Assembly (NCBI GenBank): GCA_024234055.1
Contig: JACKOW010000005.1
Coordinates: 186,667 to 250,666, forward strand
Origin: Rhodanobacteraceae bacterium
GTDB lineage: Bacteria > Pseudomonadota > Gammaproteobacteria > Xanthomonadales > SZUA-5
DNA: 64,000 nucleotides
Direction of reading: 5' to 3'
Shown here: positions 1-8,842 of the stretch, piece by piece
Position numbering within the stretch: the stretch's first letter is position 1
Layout: the number at the start of each line of letters is the position of its first letter
Made by a program: the position numbers and the translations under genes
Notes under the pieces: model-generated
Databases searched by the model: none
What the model was told of the DNA's origin: nothing
Seen by the model: only the letters and a program-made list of their open reading frames with translations

Positions 1-1
1 A

Positions 2-913
2 CTGTGCACCTTCAACGATGACATTCAGGGTACCGCTTCGGTGGCGGCAGGCACGCTGATGGCCGCCATCGGTGTCACCGGCGTGCCGCTGCGCGAGCAG
101 CGTATCGCCATTGTCGGCGCTGGCGCCGCCGGCACCGGCATTGCCAGCCTGCTGGTCAAGGCCATGATGGAAGAAGGCCTGAGCGAGGCCGAAGCACGGC
201 AACGTTTCTATGTGCTGGACAGCAAGGGGCTGGTGGCCCATGGCCTGCGCGAAGTCAGCGGCGAGCGCGCGTTGTACGCGCAGTCGCAAGCGGCAGTCTC
301 CGGATGGAGCTTGGGTTCAGCCGACGGCATCACCCTGCTCGACGTCATGAACAACGCCAGGCCGACCACCCTGATCGGCGTCTCCGGACAGGCCGGTGCC
401 TTTACCGAATCGGCGATCCGGGCGATGGCCAGCCACTGCGATCGACCGATCATCTTCCCGCTGTCGAATCCCACCTCGCGTACCGAGGCGATTCCCGCCG
501 ATCTGGTCGAGTGGACCGACGGCCGCGCCCTGATCGGCACCGGCAGCCCCTTCCCGCCGGTGCCCTGGAAAGGCGAGATGCTGCCGATCAATCAGACCAA
601 CAATTCCTACATCTTCCCCGGTGTCGGCCTGGCGGTGCTGGCGGTCAACGCGCGTCGCGTCACCGATACCATGTTCATGGCCGCCGGCAAGGCCCTGGCG
701 GCGCTGTCGCCAGCTCGACGTGACCCCAAGGCCCGGTTGCTGCCGCCCGTGGACCAGCTGCGCGCCGTGTCGATCGCCGTGGCCCTGGCCACGGCGCGTC
801 AGGCACAGATCGACGGGGTCGCCGACGACTGCGACGAGTCCGAACTGCTGCCGCGGATCAAGGCCCAGGTGTGGGAGCCGGTATATCGGCCCTACCGGTT
901 CAAATCCGACTGA
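2..913 (+). CDS. maeA: NAD-dependent malic enzyme, C-terminal ~300 aa (5' end lies outside the window)
   Basis: The frame is open from the window edge and reads LCTFNDDIQGTASVAAGTLMAA, the malic-enzyme FNDDIQGTA signature. It is followed by the Rossmann loop IAIVGAGAAGTGIA. Same frame as ORF 41..913. Confidence 0.9.
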   Translation: MCTFNDDIQGTASVAAGTLMAAIGVTGVPLREQRIAIVGAGAAGTGIASLLVKAMMEEGLSEAEARQRFYVLDSKGLVAHGLREVSGERALYAQSQAAVSGWSLGSADGITLLDVMNNARPTTLIGVSGQAGAFTESAIRAMASHCDRPIIFPLSNPTSRTEAIPADLVEWTDGRALIGTGSPFPPVPWKGEMLPINQTNNSYIFPGVGLAVLAVNARRVTDTMFMAAGKALAALSPARRDPKARLLPPVDQLRAVSIAVALATARQAQIDGVADDCDESELLPRIKAQVWEPVYRPYRFKSD

Positions 914-1233
914 GCGATCCATTGGCGCAGACCGTCTCGCCGCTGCTGAGCCTCGGTGCGTCCCGCACAGCAAGCGGCGCGAGCCAGATGTATCAGTTGC
1001 ACATCGGCCATGGCGTCCTGGTCGGCGAGGTCGTCGATGAACTCTTCTGGGCCGCGGGTCCGTTCGCCACTCGGGACCAGCGCCTGATCTTGCATCGGTG
1101 CGGCCAAGAGCCAGACACCGGGAGCATCAGCCGAAGTCCGGGCCGGCTCAGGGGCCGACAAGGACTGACTGAACTCGCCCACGCAGGTGGAGGCGGCGAG
1201 CGCCAGGGCGATGGTCGCACTGAGTATCTTCAT
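892..1233 (-). CDS. small hypothetical secreted protein
   Basis: 113-aa ORF with an ATG start and a signal-peptide-like N-terminus (MKILSATIALALAASTC). GC3-rich codons. No family recognised. Its 3' end overlaps the convergent malic-enzyme stop by 22 nt. Confidence 0.4.
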   Translation of the reverse strand: MKILSATIALALAASTCVGEFSQSLSAPEPARTSADAPGVWLLAAPMQDQALVPSGERTRGPEEFIDDLADQDAMADVQLIHLARAACCAGRTEAQQRRDGLRQWIAQSDLNR

Positions 1234-1464
1234 GTTCGTGGTCCATGGGGAGATGCCGGAAATTCGTCCTTGGCCTGCCGCGCCTACTCCAGTACCCGAA
1301 CCGAGCAGGTGCGAGAGTGGATCAGCGGCCGGCCTTGCTGATCAGAATCGTCATCTGGTGCCGGATTCGATCAAGTCGGGACTCATCGAGTTGACCGCCC
1401 GTCCCGACGGCATGGCCACCTGCCGCTGCGCTATCGTCCGCGACTCACAATCTGGAATCGAGCC

Positions 1465-2175
1465 ATGATCGAGCTGGTGGGCTTTGATGCCGACGACACC
1501 CTGTGGCACAGCGAACGCTATTTCCAGGGGGCCCATGCGGCCTTCGAACGCATCCTCGGGCACTACATCGATCTGGCGGATGCGCGCGTGCACGAGCGCC
1601 TGCTGGCCACCGAGCGCCGCAACATCAAGGTCTTCGGCTACGGCGCCAAGGGCATGACCCTGTCCTTGATCGAAACCGCCATCGAGTTGACTGACGCGCG
1701 CATCGGGGGCGCCGATATTGGCCGACTGCTGGAGCTGGGCAAGTCGGTCCTGACCCACCCCGTGGAACTGCTGCCGGGCGTGCGCGCCGCGGTCGAGGCG
1801 GTTGCTCTGAGCCATCGCGTGGTGCTTATCACCAAGGGTGATCTGTTCCATCAGGAAGCCAAGGTCCGGCAATCCGGATTGGCCGATCTGTTTCACCGCA
1901 TCGAGATCGTGTCGGAGAAGGATCCAGCCACCTATGCCCGCCTGTTCGAGGAATTCGCGCTGCCGGCCGAGCGCTTCGCCATGGTCGGCAATTCACTGCG
2001 CTCGGACATCGAACCGGTGCTGGCGCTGGGCGGCTGCGGCGTGCACGTGCCCTATGCGATCACCTGGGCGCTGGAGGCCGAGCATCAGGCGGACCTCGGC
2101 TCGACACGGTTGCGCGTGGTCGACACGCTGGCCGATGTGCCCGGCGCCATTGCCGAGCTTTCTCGCAGCTGCTGA
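1465..2175 (+). CDS. HAD-superfamily hydrolase
   Basis: N-terminal HAD motif I, VGFDADDTLW (DxDxT). Downstream ITKGD and VGNSLRSD motifs typical of HAD phosphatases. ATG at 1465. Confidence 0.8.
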   Translation: MIELVGFDADDTLWHSERYFQGAHAAFERILGHYIDLADARVHERLLATERRNIKVFGYGAKGMTLSLIETAIELTDARIGGADIGRLLELGKSVLTHPVELLPGVRAAVEAVALSHRVVLITKGDLFHQEAKVRQSGLADLFHRIEIVSEKDPATYARLFEEFALPAERFAMVGNSLRSDIEPVLALGGCGVHVPYAITWALEAEHQADLGSTRLRVVDTLADVPGAIAELSRSC

Positions 2176-2325
2176 CGCCATTTCACCTCCAGCACTCCAA
2201 GGCGACGCAGATCTGCAATTCGGCGACGCATTGGCGCAAGTCCGGCCTTGGTCTCCATCGCCCCGCTGTTTACAGTGAGTCACGGCAGTGGGGGCATTGC
2301 CGGAACTCATCTGGGGAGTGCGAAC

Positions 2326-3678
2326 ATGAAGCGATGGCCGATAGTCGTGATACTCGCGTGGGCGCTGCTGCTGACCACGCCGCTGCACGCAGGCAAGATC
2401 TATCTGATGGGCGGCGGTTACGACGACGCCAATACCGATCTGTTCGTCAATGGCCTGCGCAAGGCCACCGGGCGTGACAGCAACTACACGCCCGATATCA
2501 ACAGCACCAGCAATTGCGGCAACAACTGGGCCACGACCGCCTGTCCGCGCATTGCCGTGGTGACCTCCAGCAAGGAGAGCTACGCGGTCGGCCTGGATGC
2601 TTTCGACAATGATCTGGACAACGGCGACGGCACGGTCAAGCGCGGCTACTACAATCTGTTTCAGACACACGGCTTCTCGCCCAGATTCATCACCGTGCAC
2701 ATCGACAATTTCGGCAGCCACGCCTACAGCGGCAACAGCGCCGGTGATGCCAACATCGCCATCGTCAACCAGGCCGACGTGGTCTGGTTTGCGGGAGGTG
2801 ATCAGGCCAGGGTTGCCCGCAGCTGGCTGAAGAACGACGGCAGCGACACGCCGCTGGCAGCGGCCTTGCGAGCGCGCTGGAATGCCAACAGTCCCGGCTT
2901 TGTGGTCGGCGGCGATTCCGCCGGCAACCATGCGATGAACGCCATGATGCATGGCAATGGCGTCAGTTACGGCTATCTGTATTACCGGGCCGATCTGCCC
3001 ACGCTGACGGTTCCGCAGTACGCCAACTTCGGTGATACCCGCGACGGCCTCACCGCCCTGCGCTACTTCGAGAATGGGGCCATGCTCAAGGGCTTGAGCT
3101 TCCTGCCGGCCACATTGCTCTCCGACACCCATTTCGACGCCCGCTCCGGACGCCTGGGACGGCTGCTGGCAGCCATGCGCGCGATGGGGAGACAGCAGGG
3201 CTTCGGCGTCGATGAGGATACCGGCCTGCTGGTCGACACCGTCACCCAGACGGCCAGGGTCTATGGCAGCGGTCCGGTGATCATCGCTGACCTCAGCGCC
3301 GCCACCTACCCCAGCGGCAGCTACTGGAGACTCAGCGGCGCGCGGGTCAGCCTGCTCACCGCGGGCGACAGTTACAACTACAGCAGCAAGTCGATCAACA
3401 GCAGCAAGTCCCTGATCGGCACGCGCTACTACAGCGGCTATTACGACTCGCCCGACATCTTCAGCGCCTTCGAGACCTCCAGGGTCCTGACCCGGGTCGT
3501 CGACCAGAGCGCCAGCTACAACCTGGGCGCCGCGCCCGCCCCGGACTATTCGACCGCGCCCTTCTATCCCGCGAATGCGCCGACCATCACCCTGCGATTC
3601 ACCCGCGACGGCAGCAGCAAGGGCTACTACTCGGCCGGTCGCTACACGGTGGTCAAGGCCAGGCTCGACATCTACTGA
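2326..3678 (+). CDS. secreted cyanophycinase-like (peptidase S51 / class-I glutamine-amidotransferase-like fold) protein with long C-terminal extension
   Basis: Internal ATG at 2326 gives the signal peptide MKRWPIVVILAWALLLTTPLHA. This is followed by KIYLMGGG, IAVVTSS and a GGDSAG nucleophile-elbow-like motif, as in cyanophycinase-type enzymes. The ORF-track start at 2248 looks like an upstream extension. Confidence 0.6.
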   Translation: MKRWPIVVILAWALLLTTPLHAGKIYLMGGGYDDANTDLFVNGLRKATGRDSNYTPDINSTSNCGNNWATTACPRIAVVTSSKESYAVGLDAFDNDLDNGDGTVKRGYYNLFQTHGFSPRFITVHIDNFGSHAYSGNSAGDANIAIVNQADVVWFAGGDQARVARSWLKNDGSDTPLAAALRARWNANSPGFVVGGDSAGNHAMNAMMHGNGVSYGYLYYRADLPTLTVPQYANFGDTRDGLTALRYFENGAMLKGLSFLPATLLSDTHFDARSGRLGRLLAAMRAMGRQQGFGVDEDTGLLVDTVTQTARVYGSGPVIIADLSAATYPSGSYWRLSGARVSLLTAGDSYNYSSKSINSSKSLIGTRYYSGYYDSPDIFSAFETSRVLTRVVDQSASYNLGAAPAPDYSTAPFYPANAPTITLRFTRDGSSKGYYSAGRYTVVKARLDIY

Positions 3679-3828
3679 AGCTCTCGCCACTGCGCGAGAA
3701 CGGACACGGATGTCCGGGAATGATCAGCGGCGGCCCCGAAACGGCCGCCACGGTGGGATTTTGGGGCGCCCCATCGGCGGCACGCGGCTTGCATCGCGCT
3801 CGGGATTCCGGGACGAGCAATACACGCC

Positions 3829-6258
3829 GTGAACGATCTGCGATATGCAATGCGCCATCTGGCGCGTCAATTCGGGTTCACCCTGATCGTGGCCCTGACG
3901 CTGGGACTGGGCATCGGCCTGGTCACCACCCAGTACAGCCTGATCGACGGCATCCTGCTGCGCCCGCTGCCCTTTGCCGATGCCGAGCGACTGCTGCACC
4001 TCGGTCGCGGCGGTTCTGGAAATGGCTCGAACTGGCAGCCGCTGTCGCAGCGCGAATTCATGGCCCTGCGCGAGGGACAACAGAGCTTTGAAGAACTCGC
4101 TGCCTTCAGCTTCGATTTCTACAACCTCAGTCAGACCGGCACCGCGCCGCGGCGCCTGACTGGCCGCGCGGTCAGTCATGGCTTCTTTGCGGCACTGCGC
4201 ACGAATCCGGCCATCGGCCACGCTTTTGCTGCCGCCGACGAGCACAAGGGCGAGGAATTGAAGCTGCTGTTGGCCGACTCGATCTGGCGTGAGGAATTTG
4301 GCGCCGACCCGGCGGTGGCAGGCCGCCGGGTCAAGCTCAACGGCGAAATGGCGACCGTCATTGGCGTGATGCCGCCTCGTTTCCGCTTCCCCAATGGCGA
4401 AGACCTCTGGGTCAATCTGCGCCTGCCGGCCAGTGTCGAAGCAGCCGCGGCTGATCCGCATCTGCTCAATGTCGAGGTACTGGGCTTGTTGAAACCCGGG
4501 GTCAGCCGCGACCAGGCGCAGGCGGAAGGACAGACCATCCTGCAGCGCCTGCCTCCGCTCCCGGCCAGCGACGCCGGTGCACGCCAGGACGCGACACGCC
4601 TGGTGCTGCAATCCTTTCAATCCGCCTACAACGATCAGGGCACCATCACGCTGCTTGGAATCATGCTGGCAATGACACTGATCGTGCTGGCGCTGGCGTG
4701 CATCAATACCGCCAATCTGCTGTTCGTGCAGGCCAGCGATCGCCTGCGTGAACTGGCCGTGCGCAGCGCTCTCGGCGCCGGGCGCAGACGGCTGCTGCGG
4801 CAACTGCTGCTGGAGAGTCTGCTGCTGGCTGGCCTCGGCGCCGTGGTCGGGCTGCTGATCGCCAGCGTGGGCGTGCACCTGCTGCAAACCGAGATCAGCG
4901 CCCGGGTCAGCATGTCCTCCTGGATCGCCTTCGATTTGAACGGCCGAGTGCTGGCGGTGACCACCGTCATCGCCGTGCTCTCGGGCCTCGCCGCCGGACT
5001 GATCCCGGCACTGAGACTGGCTCGACTGGATCTGAATTCGGCCCTGCGCGCTGACGGCCGTGGCAGCGTCGGCGGTGAGCGTGCCTGGGCGGCGCGCTCG
5101 GTGGTCATCGGCCAGCTCGGCTTTGCCTGTGCGGCCATGATCCTCGCCAGCCTGCTGGCCTTGAGCGCACTGCGCAGCAGTCGCAGCACGCTGCCTTTCG
5201 ATCCCGATACCTTGCTGATCGGTCGCGTGGAACTGCAGGGCCTGCCCTATATCGAAGCCCGTCAGCGCAGCGACTTCTACCAGCAGTTGTTGAACCGCAT
5301 CCAGCAAGTTCCTGGCGTCAGTGCGGCCGCAGTCAGCAGCCGCGATCTGGTCAATCCCGGCGTCTACAGCCATTTCGAGATCGCCGGTCGTGAATCGGAT
5401 CGCCAGCAGGACCGCCCCGGCGCCTTTCTTGAGGTGATTTCTCGCGATTACTTCCAGGTGATCGATCGCCAGGCCATCAGCGGCCGCCTGTTCGGCAGCG
5501 AGGATGGTATCGACAGCGCACCGGTGGCCTTGGTCAACCAGAGTCTGGCCGAGCGCTTCTGGCCGGGCCGCAGCCCCATCGGCGAGCGTCTGCGCAGGGA
5601 CGAGGATGGTGCACCCTGGGCCACGGTGGTGGGTGTGGTGCCGGATCTCAACATCGAGGGGATCGGCAATCGCGCGCCCGCCGCAGGCTGGTATCTGTTG
5701 CAGGATCAGACCGGCTGGGGCTGGCTGGACCTGTTGGTCCGCGTGCAGGGCGATCCCGAAGCGATGATCGCCCCGGTGCGTGAAGCGGTTGCCGCCATTG
5801 ACCCGGACCAACCCATCCATACCATCACCACGTTGCGCGAGCGCACCCGTATCGGCCTGGCGGGCCTGCAGATCATTGGCAGCATGGCCGCCATCTTTGC
5901 CGTGGCCGCGCTGATCCTGGTGGCCGTGGGTGTCTACGGGGTCATGTCCTTCGCCGCACGCCGGCGCACCCGCGAGGTCGGGTTGCGAATGGCCCTCGGG
6001 GCCAGTGCCGGCTCGGTGACCACGCTGCTGGTCAAGCGCAATCTCGGGCGCACGCTGCTCGGCATCGGCAGTGGCCTGGTTCTGGGCTATGCGCTGGCCC
6101 TGCCGCTGCAACCGGTGCTGCCGGGCGTGAGCATCTTCGACCCCTGGCTGTATCTGGCGGTGGGCGCGGTCCTGGCGACGGCGGCACTGCTGGCCAGCTG
6201 GCTGCCCGCCTGGCGCGCCTCCGCCCGCGATCCGCTGGACGCGTTGCGGGCGGAGTGA
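3829..6258 (+). CDS. ABC-transporter permease, duplicated FtsX/MacB type (ADOP-like orphan permease)
   Basis: 809 aa. N-terminus MNDLRYAMRHLARQFGFTLIVALTLGLGIG is typical of the ADOP family. Two FtsX-like four-helix modules are separated by large periplasmic regions. No ATPase gene is adjacent. Confidence 0.85.
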   Translation: MNDLRYAMRHLARQFGFTLIVALTLGLGIGLVTTQYSLIDGILLRPLPFADAERLLHLGRGGSGNGSNWQPLSQREFMALREGQQSFEELAAFSFDFYNLSQTGTAPRRLTGRAVSHGFFAALRTNPAIGHAFAAADEHKGEELKLLLADSIWREEFGADPAVAGRRVKLNGEMATVIGVMPPRFRFPNGEDLWVNLRLPASVEAAAADPHLLNVEVLGLLKPGVSRDQAQAEGQTILQRLPPLPASDAGARQDATRLVLQSFQSAYNDQGTITLLGIMLAMTLIVLALACINTANLLFVQASDRLRELAVRSALGAGRRRLLRQLLLESLLLAGLGAVVGLLIASVGVHLLQTEISARVSMSSWIAFDLNGRVLAVTTVIAVLSGLAAGLIPALRLARLDLNSALRADGRGSVGGERAWAARSVVIGQLGFACAAMILASLLALSALRSSRSTLPFDPDTLLIGRVELQGLPYIEARQRSDFYQQLLNRIQQVPGVSAAAVSSRDLVNPGVYSHFEIAGRESDRQQDRPGAFLEVISRDYFQVIDRQAISGRLFGSEDGIDSAPVALVNQSLAERFWPGRSPIGERLRRDEDGAPWATVVGVVPDLNIEGIGNRAPAAGWYLLQDQTGWGWLDLLVRVQGDPEAMIAPVREAVAAIDPDQPIHTITTLRERTRIGLAGLQIIGSMAAIFAVAALILVAVGVYGVMSFAARRRTREVGLRMALGASAGSVTTLLVKRNLGRTLLGIGSGLVLGYALALPLQPVLPGVSIFDPWLYLAVGAVLATAALLASWLPAWRASARDPLDALRAE

Positions 6259-6261
6259 GGC

Positions 6262-6700
6262 GCCGTCCGGCAAGCTCGCACTGCAGCAGACCCTGCCGAG
6301 CAAGCTCGGCACTGCAACAGCCTCGTACACCGATGCTCTGGTAGAGCGGAGCTTGCTCCGCTGCTCTGGCTGGCTTGTGCTCTTCCGCGCCTTCCGAAGA
6401 GCCGCACATCCTGCCGAGCAAGCTCGGCACTACGACAGCCTCGTACACCGACGCTCTGGTAGAGCGGAGCTTGCTCCGCTGCTCTGGCTGGGCTTGTGTT
6501 CCGCCAACCTTGCGCAAGAGCCGCAGACCCTGCCGAGCAAGCTCGGCACTACAACAGCCTCGTACGCCGACGCTCTGGTAGAGCGGAGCTTGCTCCGCTG
6601 CTCTGGCTGGGCTTGTGCTCCTCCGTCCTTGCGCAAGAGCCGCAGACGCTGCCGAGCAAGCTCGGTACTACAAGGGCCTCTGACACCGAAGCGTTGACGG
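6262..6700. repeat. tandem array (~3.5 units, period 118-119 bp) of a two-hairpin REP/BIME-like element
   Basis: The hairpin CTGCCGAGCAAGCTCGGCAC starts at 6293, 6411, 6530 and 6649. Each is followed by a second palindrome, AGAGCGGAGCTTGCTCCGCTGCTCT. An inverted single copy lies at 19566..19690. Confidence 0.9.
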
Positions 6701-6719
6701 CGGACTGGTTTGCCTGCGC

Positions 6720-7505
6720 TCAGCCGAGCTTGTCCAGCTGTTCGCGATAGCCGCGCGAGAGCTTGAGCTCCTGACCGCCGTCCAGATCGACGAAGTACTC
6801 GCCGTTGATATGAGGCCGCAGGCGCCGGATGTAGCGGGTGTGGACGATGGTCGAGCGATGGATGCGAACAAAGCGCTCGGCTGGCAGGCGCTCTTCCAGT
6901 TCGCGCAGTGTGGCTCTGGCGACGTGATTGTCCTGATCGGTATGCACGACCACATAGTCGCCGGCGGCGTCGATCCAGCGAATCTCTGCCAGCGGCACGC
7001 GAATCAATTGACTGCCGTCCTTGAGCGTCAGCCTGTCGTCCGCGTGCTCGCCCAGCGACTGGCTGCGCTCGGCGGCCATCATCGCCAGCAGCCGGGTGTG
7101 TTCAATTTCCAGCTCGCTGCCACGCCGCCGCTGCTGCGCCCGCGCCAGTGCCTGGCGCAGCGATTCGTCTTCCACGGGTTTCAGCAGATAGTCGACCGCA
7201 TGCACCCGGAAGGCCTCGATGGCGTACTGGTCGAAAGCGGTCACGAAGACCACCAGCGGCCAGCGTGACACCGGCAATGCCTGCAGCACACCGAAGCCGT
7301 CAATGCCCGGCATCTGGATATCGAGGAACATCAGATCGATCTCGTGCTGACCTATCAAGCCCAGGGCTTCACGGCCATTACCAGCCTCGGCCACGATCTC
7401 GACACCGCCAATCCGGTTCAGACGATGGCGCAGGCCACGGCGCGCCAGAGGCTCGTCATCCACCAGCAGGCAGCGCAGAACGGGTGCGCTCACGGCCGTG
7501 CTCAT
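6720..7505 (-). CDS. LytR/AlgR-family response regulator (REC + LytTR DNA-binding domain)
   Basis: Starts MSTAVSAPVLRCLLVDDEPLARRGL, then LMFLDIQMPGIDG (receiver Asp) and a C-terminal LytTR-like region (VRIHRSTIVHTRYI). The ATG at 7505 overlaps the kinase stop as ATGA. The 340-aa ORF-track version is an upstream extension. Confidence 0.9.
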   Translation of the reverse strand: MSTAVSAPVLRCLLVDDEPLARRGLRHRLNRIGGVEIVAEAGNGREALGLIGQHEIDLMFLDIQMPGIDGFGVLQALPVSRWPLVVFVTAFDQYAIEAFRVHAVDYLLKPVEDESLRQALARAQQRRRGSELEIEHTRLLAMMAAERSQSLGEHADDRLTLKDGSQLIRVPLAEIRWIDAAGDYVVVHTDQDNHVARATLRELEERLPAERFVRIHRSTIVHTRYIRRLRPHINGEYFVDLDGGQELKLSRGYREQLDKLG

Positions 7506-8572
7506 GGCGACAGCTCCAGCGGCAGGGTAAGGCGCACGCGGGTGCCACCTTCCGCGCGATTCTCGACCGTCATGCGCTGACGCGCCCCATAGACGGTGGC
7601 CAGCCGCTCGCGGGTGTTGCGCAGACCAACGCCGTTTGGCTCGGGTGCGCCCGGTGCAAAGTGCGGGCTGCCCGGACCCTCGTCGATCAGTTCCAGTTCC
7701 AGCCACTCGCCGTTGATCCGGGCACCTATGCCGATTCGACAAGGCTGCTCGGACTTCGCCACCGCGTACTTGATGGCATTCTCGATCAGCGGTTGCAGGA
7801 TCAACCCCGGCACCAGCGCCCGTTCGGCTTGTGGATCAATCTGGATATCCATGATCAGGCGCTCTTCGAAGCGCATTTTCTCGATACGCAGATACAGATC
7901 CAGCACCTCCAGCTCACGCTGCAAGGGCACCTTCTGCTGCGGCTCCTGATCCAGGGTGTAGCGCAAAAACCGGCTGAGCGCGCCGAGCATGCGCTCGGCG
8001 GTGTCATTGGCGCCTTCCAGCACCAAAGTGGCGATGGCGTTGAGCGTGTTGAACAGGAAGTGCGGATTGAGCTGATAACGCAACATCTTCAGCTGCGCCA
8101 GATTGGCCTGGGCCTGTGCCGCCAGTTCACGCTCGCGAGCCACCGCCAGCGCGCGACCGTTGCGGATGCCGAACCACAACGCACTCCAGCTCAGGATCAC
8201 GTAGGCGGTAAAGCCTGAATAAGCCACATAACCCAGAAAACTCGCGGGCCGGCATTCGTCCGGGCAATAGTTCTGAATCGAGGCGGCGTAAATGATGCTC
8301 ATCGCGGCAACGATCGCCAGAAAGGCGGGCGCGGCGATCGCGATCAACTGCCGCGGCGGCAGCGGCCAGATGCGCTGGTAGAGCAGATGCAGCGGCCAGG
8401 TGACGATGGCGCCGCCGATGGCGCTGCTGATCGACACCGACAGATAGGAGCTGTGCTGGCCGTGGGCCATGCCGGTCAGGAAATGCACCATCAGAAAGCC
8501 AAACCAGCCGATCAGCTGGAGGGCCCAGAACGGCAGGCGCGAAAACAGTGAACGGGGATGCTCGGGAGTCAT
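7502..8572 (-). CDS. LytS/YehU-type sensor histidine kinase
   Basis: Multi-TM N-terminus, then LRYQLNPHFLFNTLNAIATLV (the 'His_kinase' internal region) and a C-terminal HATPase region (IDEGPG, GVGLRNTRERL). Translationally coupled to the LytTR regulator. Confidence 0.9.
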   Translation of the reverse strand: MTPEHPRSLFSRLPFWALQLIGWFGFLMVHFLTGMAHGQHSSYLSVSISSAIGGAIVTWPLHLLYQRIWPLPPRQLIAIAAPAFLAIVAAMSIIYAASIQNYCPDECRPASFLGYVAYSGFTAYVILSWSALWFGIRNGRALAVARERELAAQAQANLAQLKMLRYQLNPHFLFNTLNAIATLVLEGANDTAERMLGALSRFLRYTLDQEPQQKVPLQRELEVLDLYLRIEKMRFEERLIMDIQIDPQAERALVPGLILQPLIENAIKYAVAKSEQPCRIGIGARINGEWLELELIDEGPGSPHFAPGAPEPNGVGLRNTRERLATVYGARQRMTVENRAEGGTRVRLTLPLELSP

Positions 8573-8704
8573 CCACTCAGCTTAGCGCGGACTGCGCTCG
8601 ATCTGGCACGACTCGGCGCAGCGCAGGCACGATTGGGCGCGAGTGCGGGCCTGGAGTCTCCGCGCCAGCTGGCGGGCGGCCATGACCTCGGGGAAGCCAG
8701 CTGT

Positions 8705-8838
8705 TGTAGGTGCAGACTTGTCTGGGCGCTTCTGGATCACCAGGCAAGGAGCGTCCAGACCAGTCTGGACCTACAAGAGCGCGCACTTTCGGCACCGCAG
8801 CAGAAGGGTCCAGACAAGTCTGGACCTGCAGGAGCGCT
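8705..8838. repeat. REP family 2: one full ~70-nt long-hairpin element plus a half copy (core GTCCAGACAAGTCTGGAC)
   Basis: 8705..8775 reads TGTAGGTGCAGACTTGTCTGG...GTCCAGACCAGTCTGGACCTACA, with self-complementary arms. 8806..8838 repeats the palindromic core. Related copies lie at 28378..28448, 39685..39720 and 63358..63425. Confidence 0.85.
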
Positions 8839-8842
8839 CTTC

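Noticed and set aside
888-915. tRNA-like T-arm sequence CGGTTCAAATCCGAC.
   Set aside because: It lies inside the last codons of the malic-enzyme CDS (YRPYRFKSD*). The flanking bases do not form a T-stem, acceptor stem or anticodon arm.
3724-6330. 868-aa ORF on the minus strand, antisense to the FtsX permease. The same applies to 1993..3690(-), 10916..12601(+), 17215..19233(-), 32840..34444(-), 47421..48746(-), 53405..55279(+) and 57656..61147(+).
   Set aside because: These are typical high-GC shadow ORFs. Their translations are Arg/Gly/Ala/Pro/His-rich with no motifs. Each lies exactly opposite a gene with clear family signatures and proper codon bias.
6353-6697. 114-aa and related ORFs spanning the 119-bp repeat array.
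   Set aside because: Their internally repetitive translation mirrors the DNA repeat, and they are open on both strands. No RBS is present.
7148-8218. 356-aa plus-strand ORF overlapping the LytS kinase and LytTR regulator.
   Set aside because: It is antisense to two genes with strong family motifs, and its translation is low-complexity Arg/Pro/Gly/Gln-rich.
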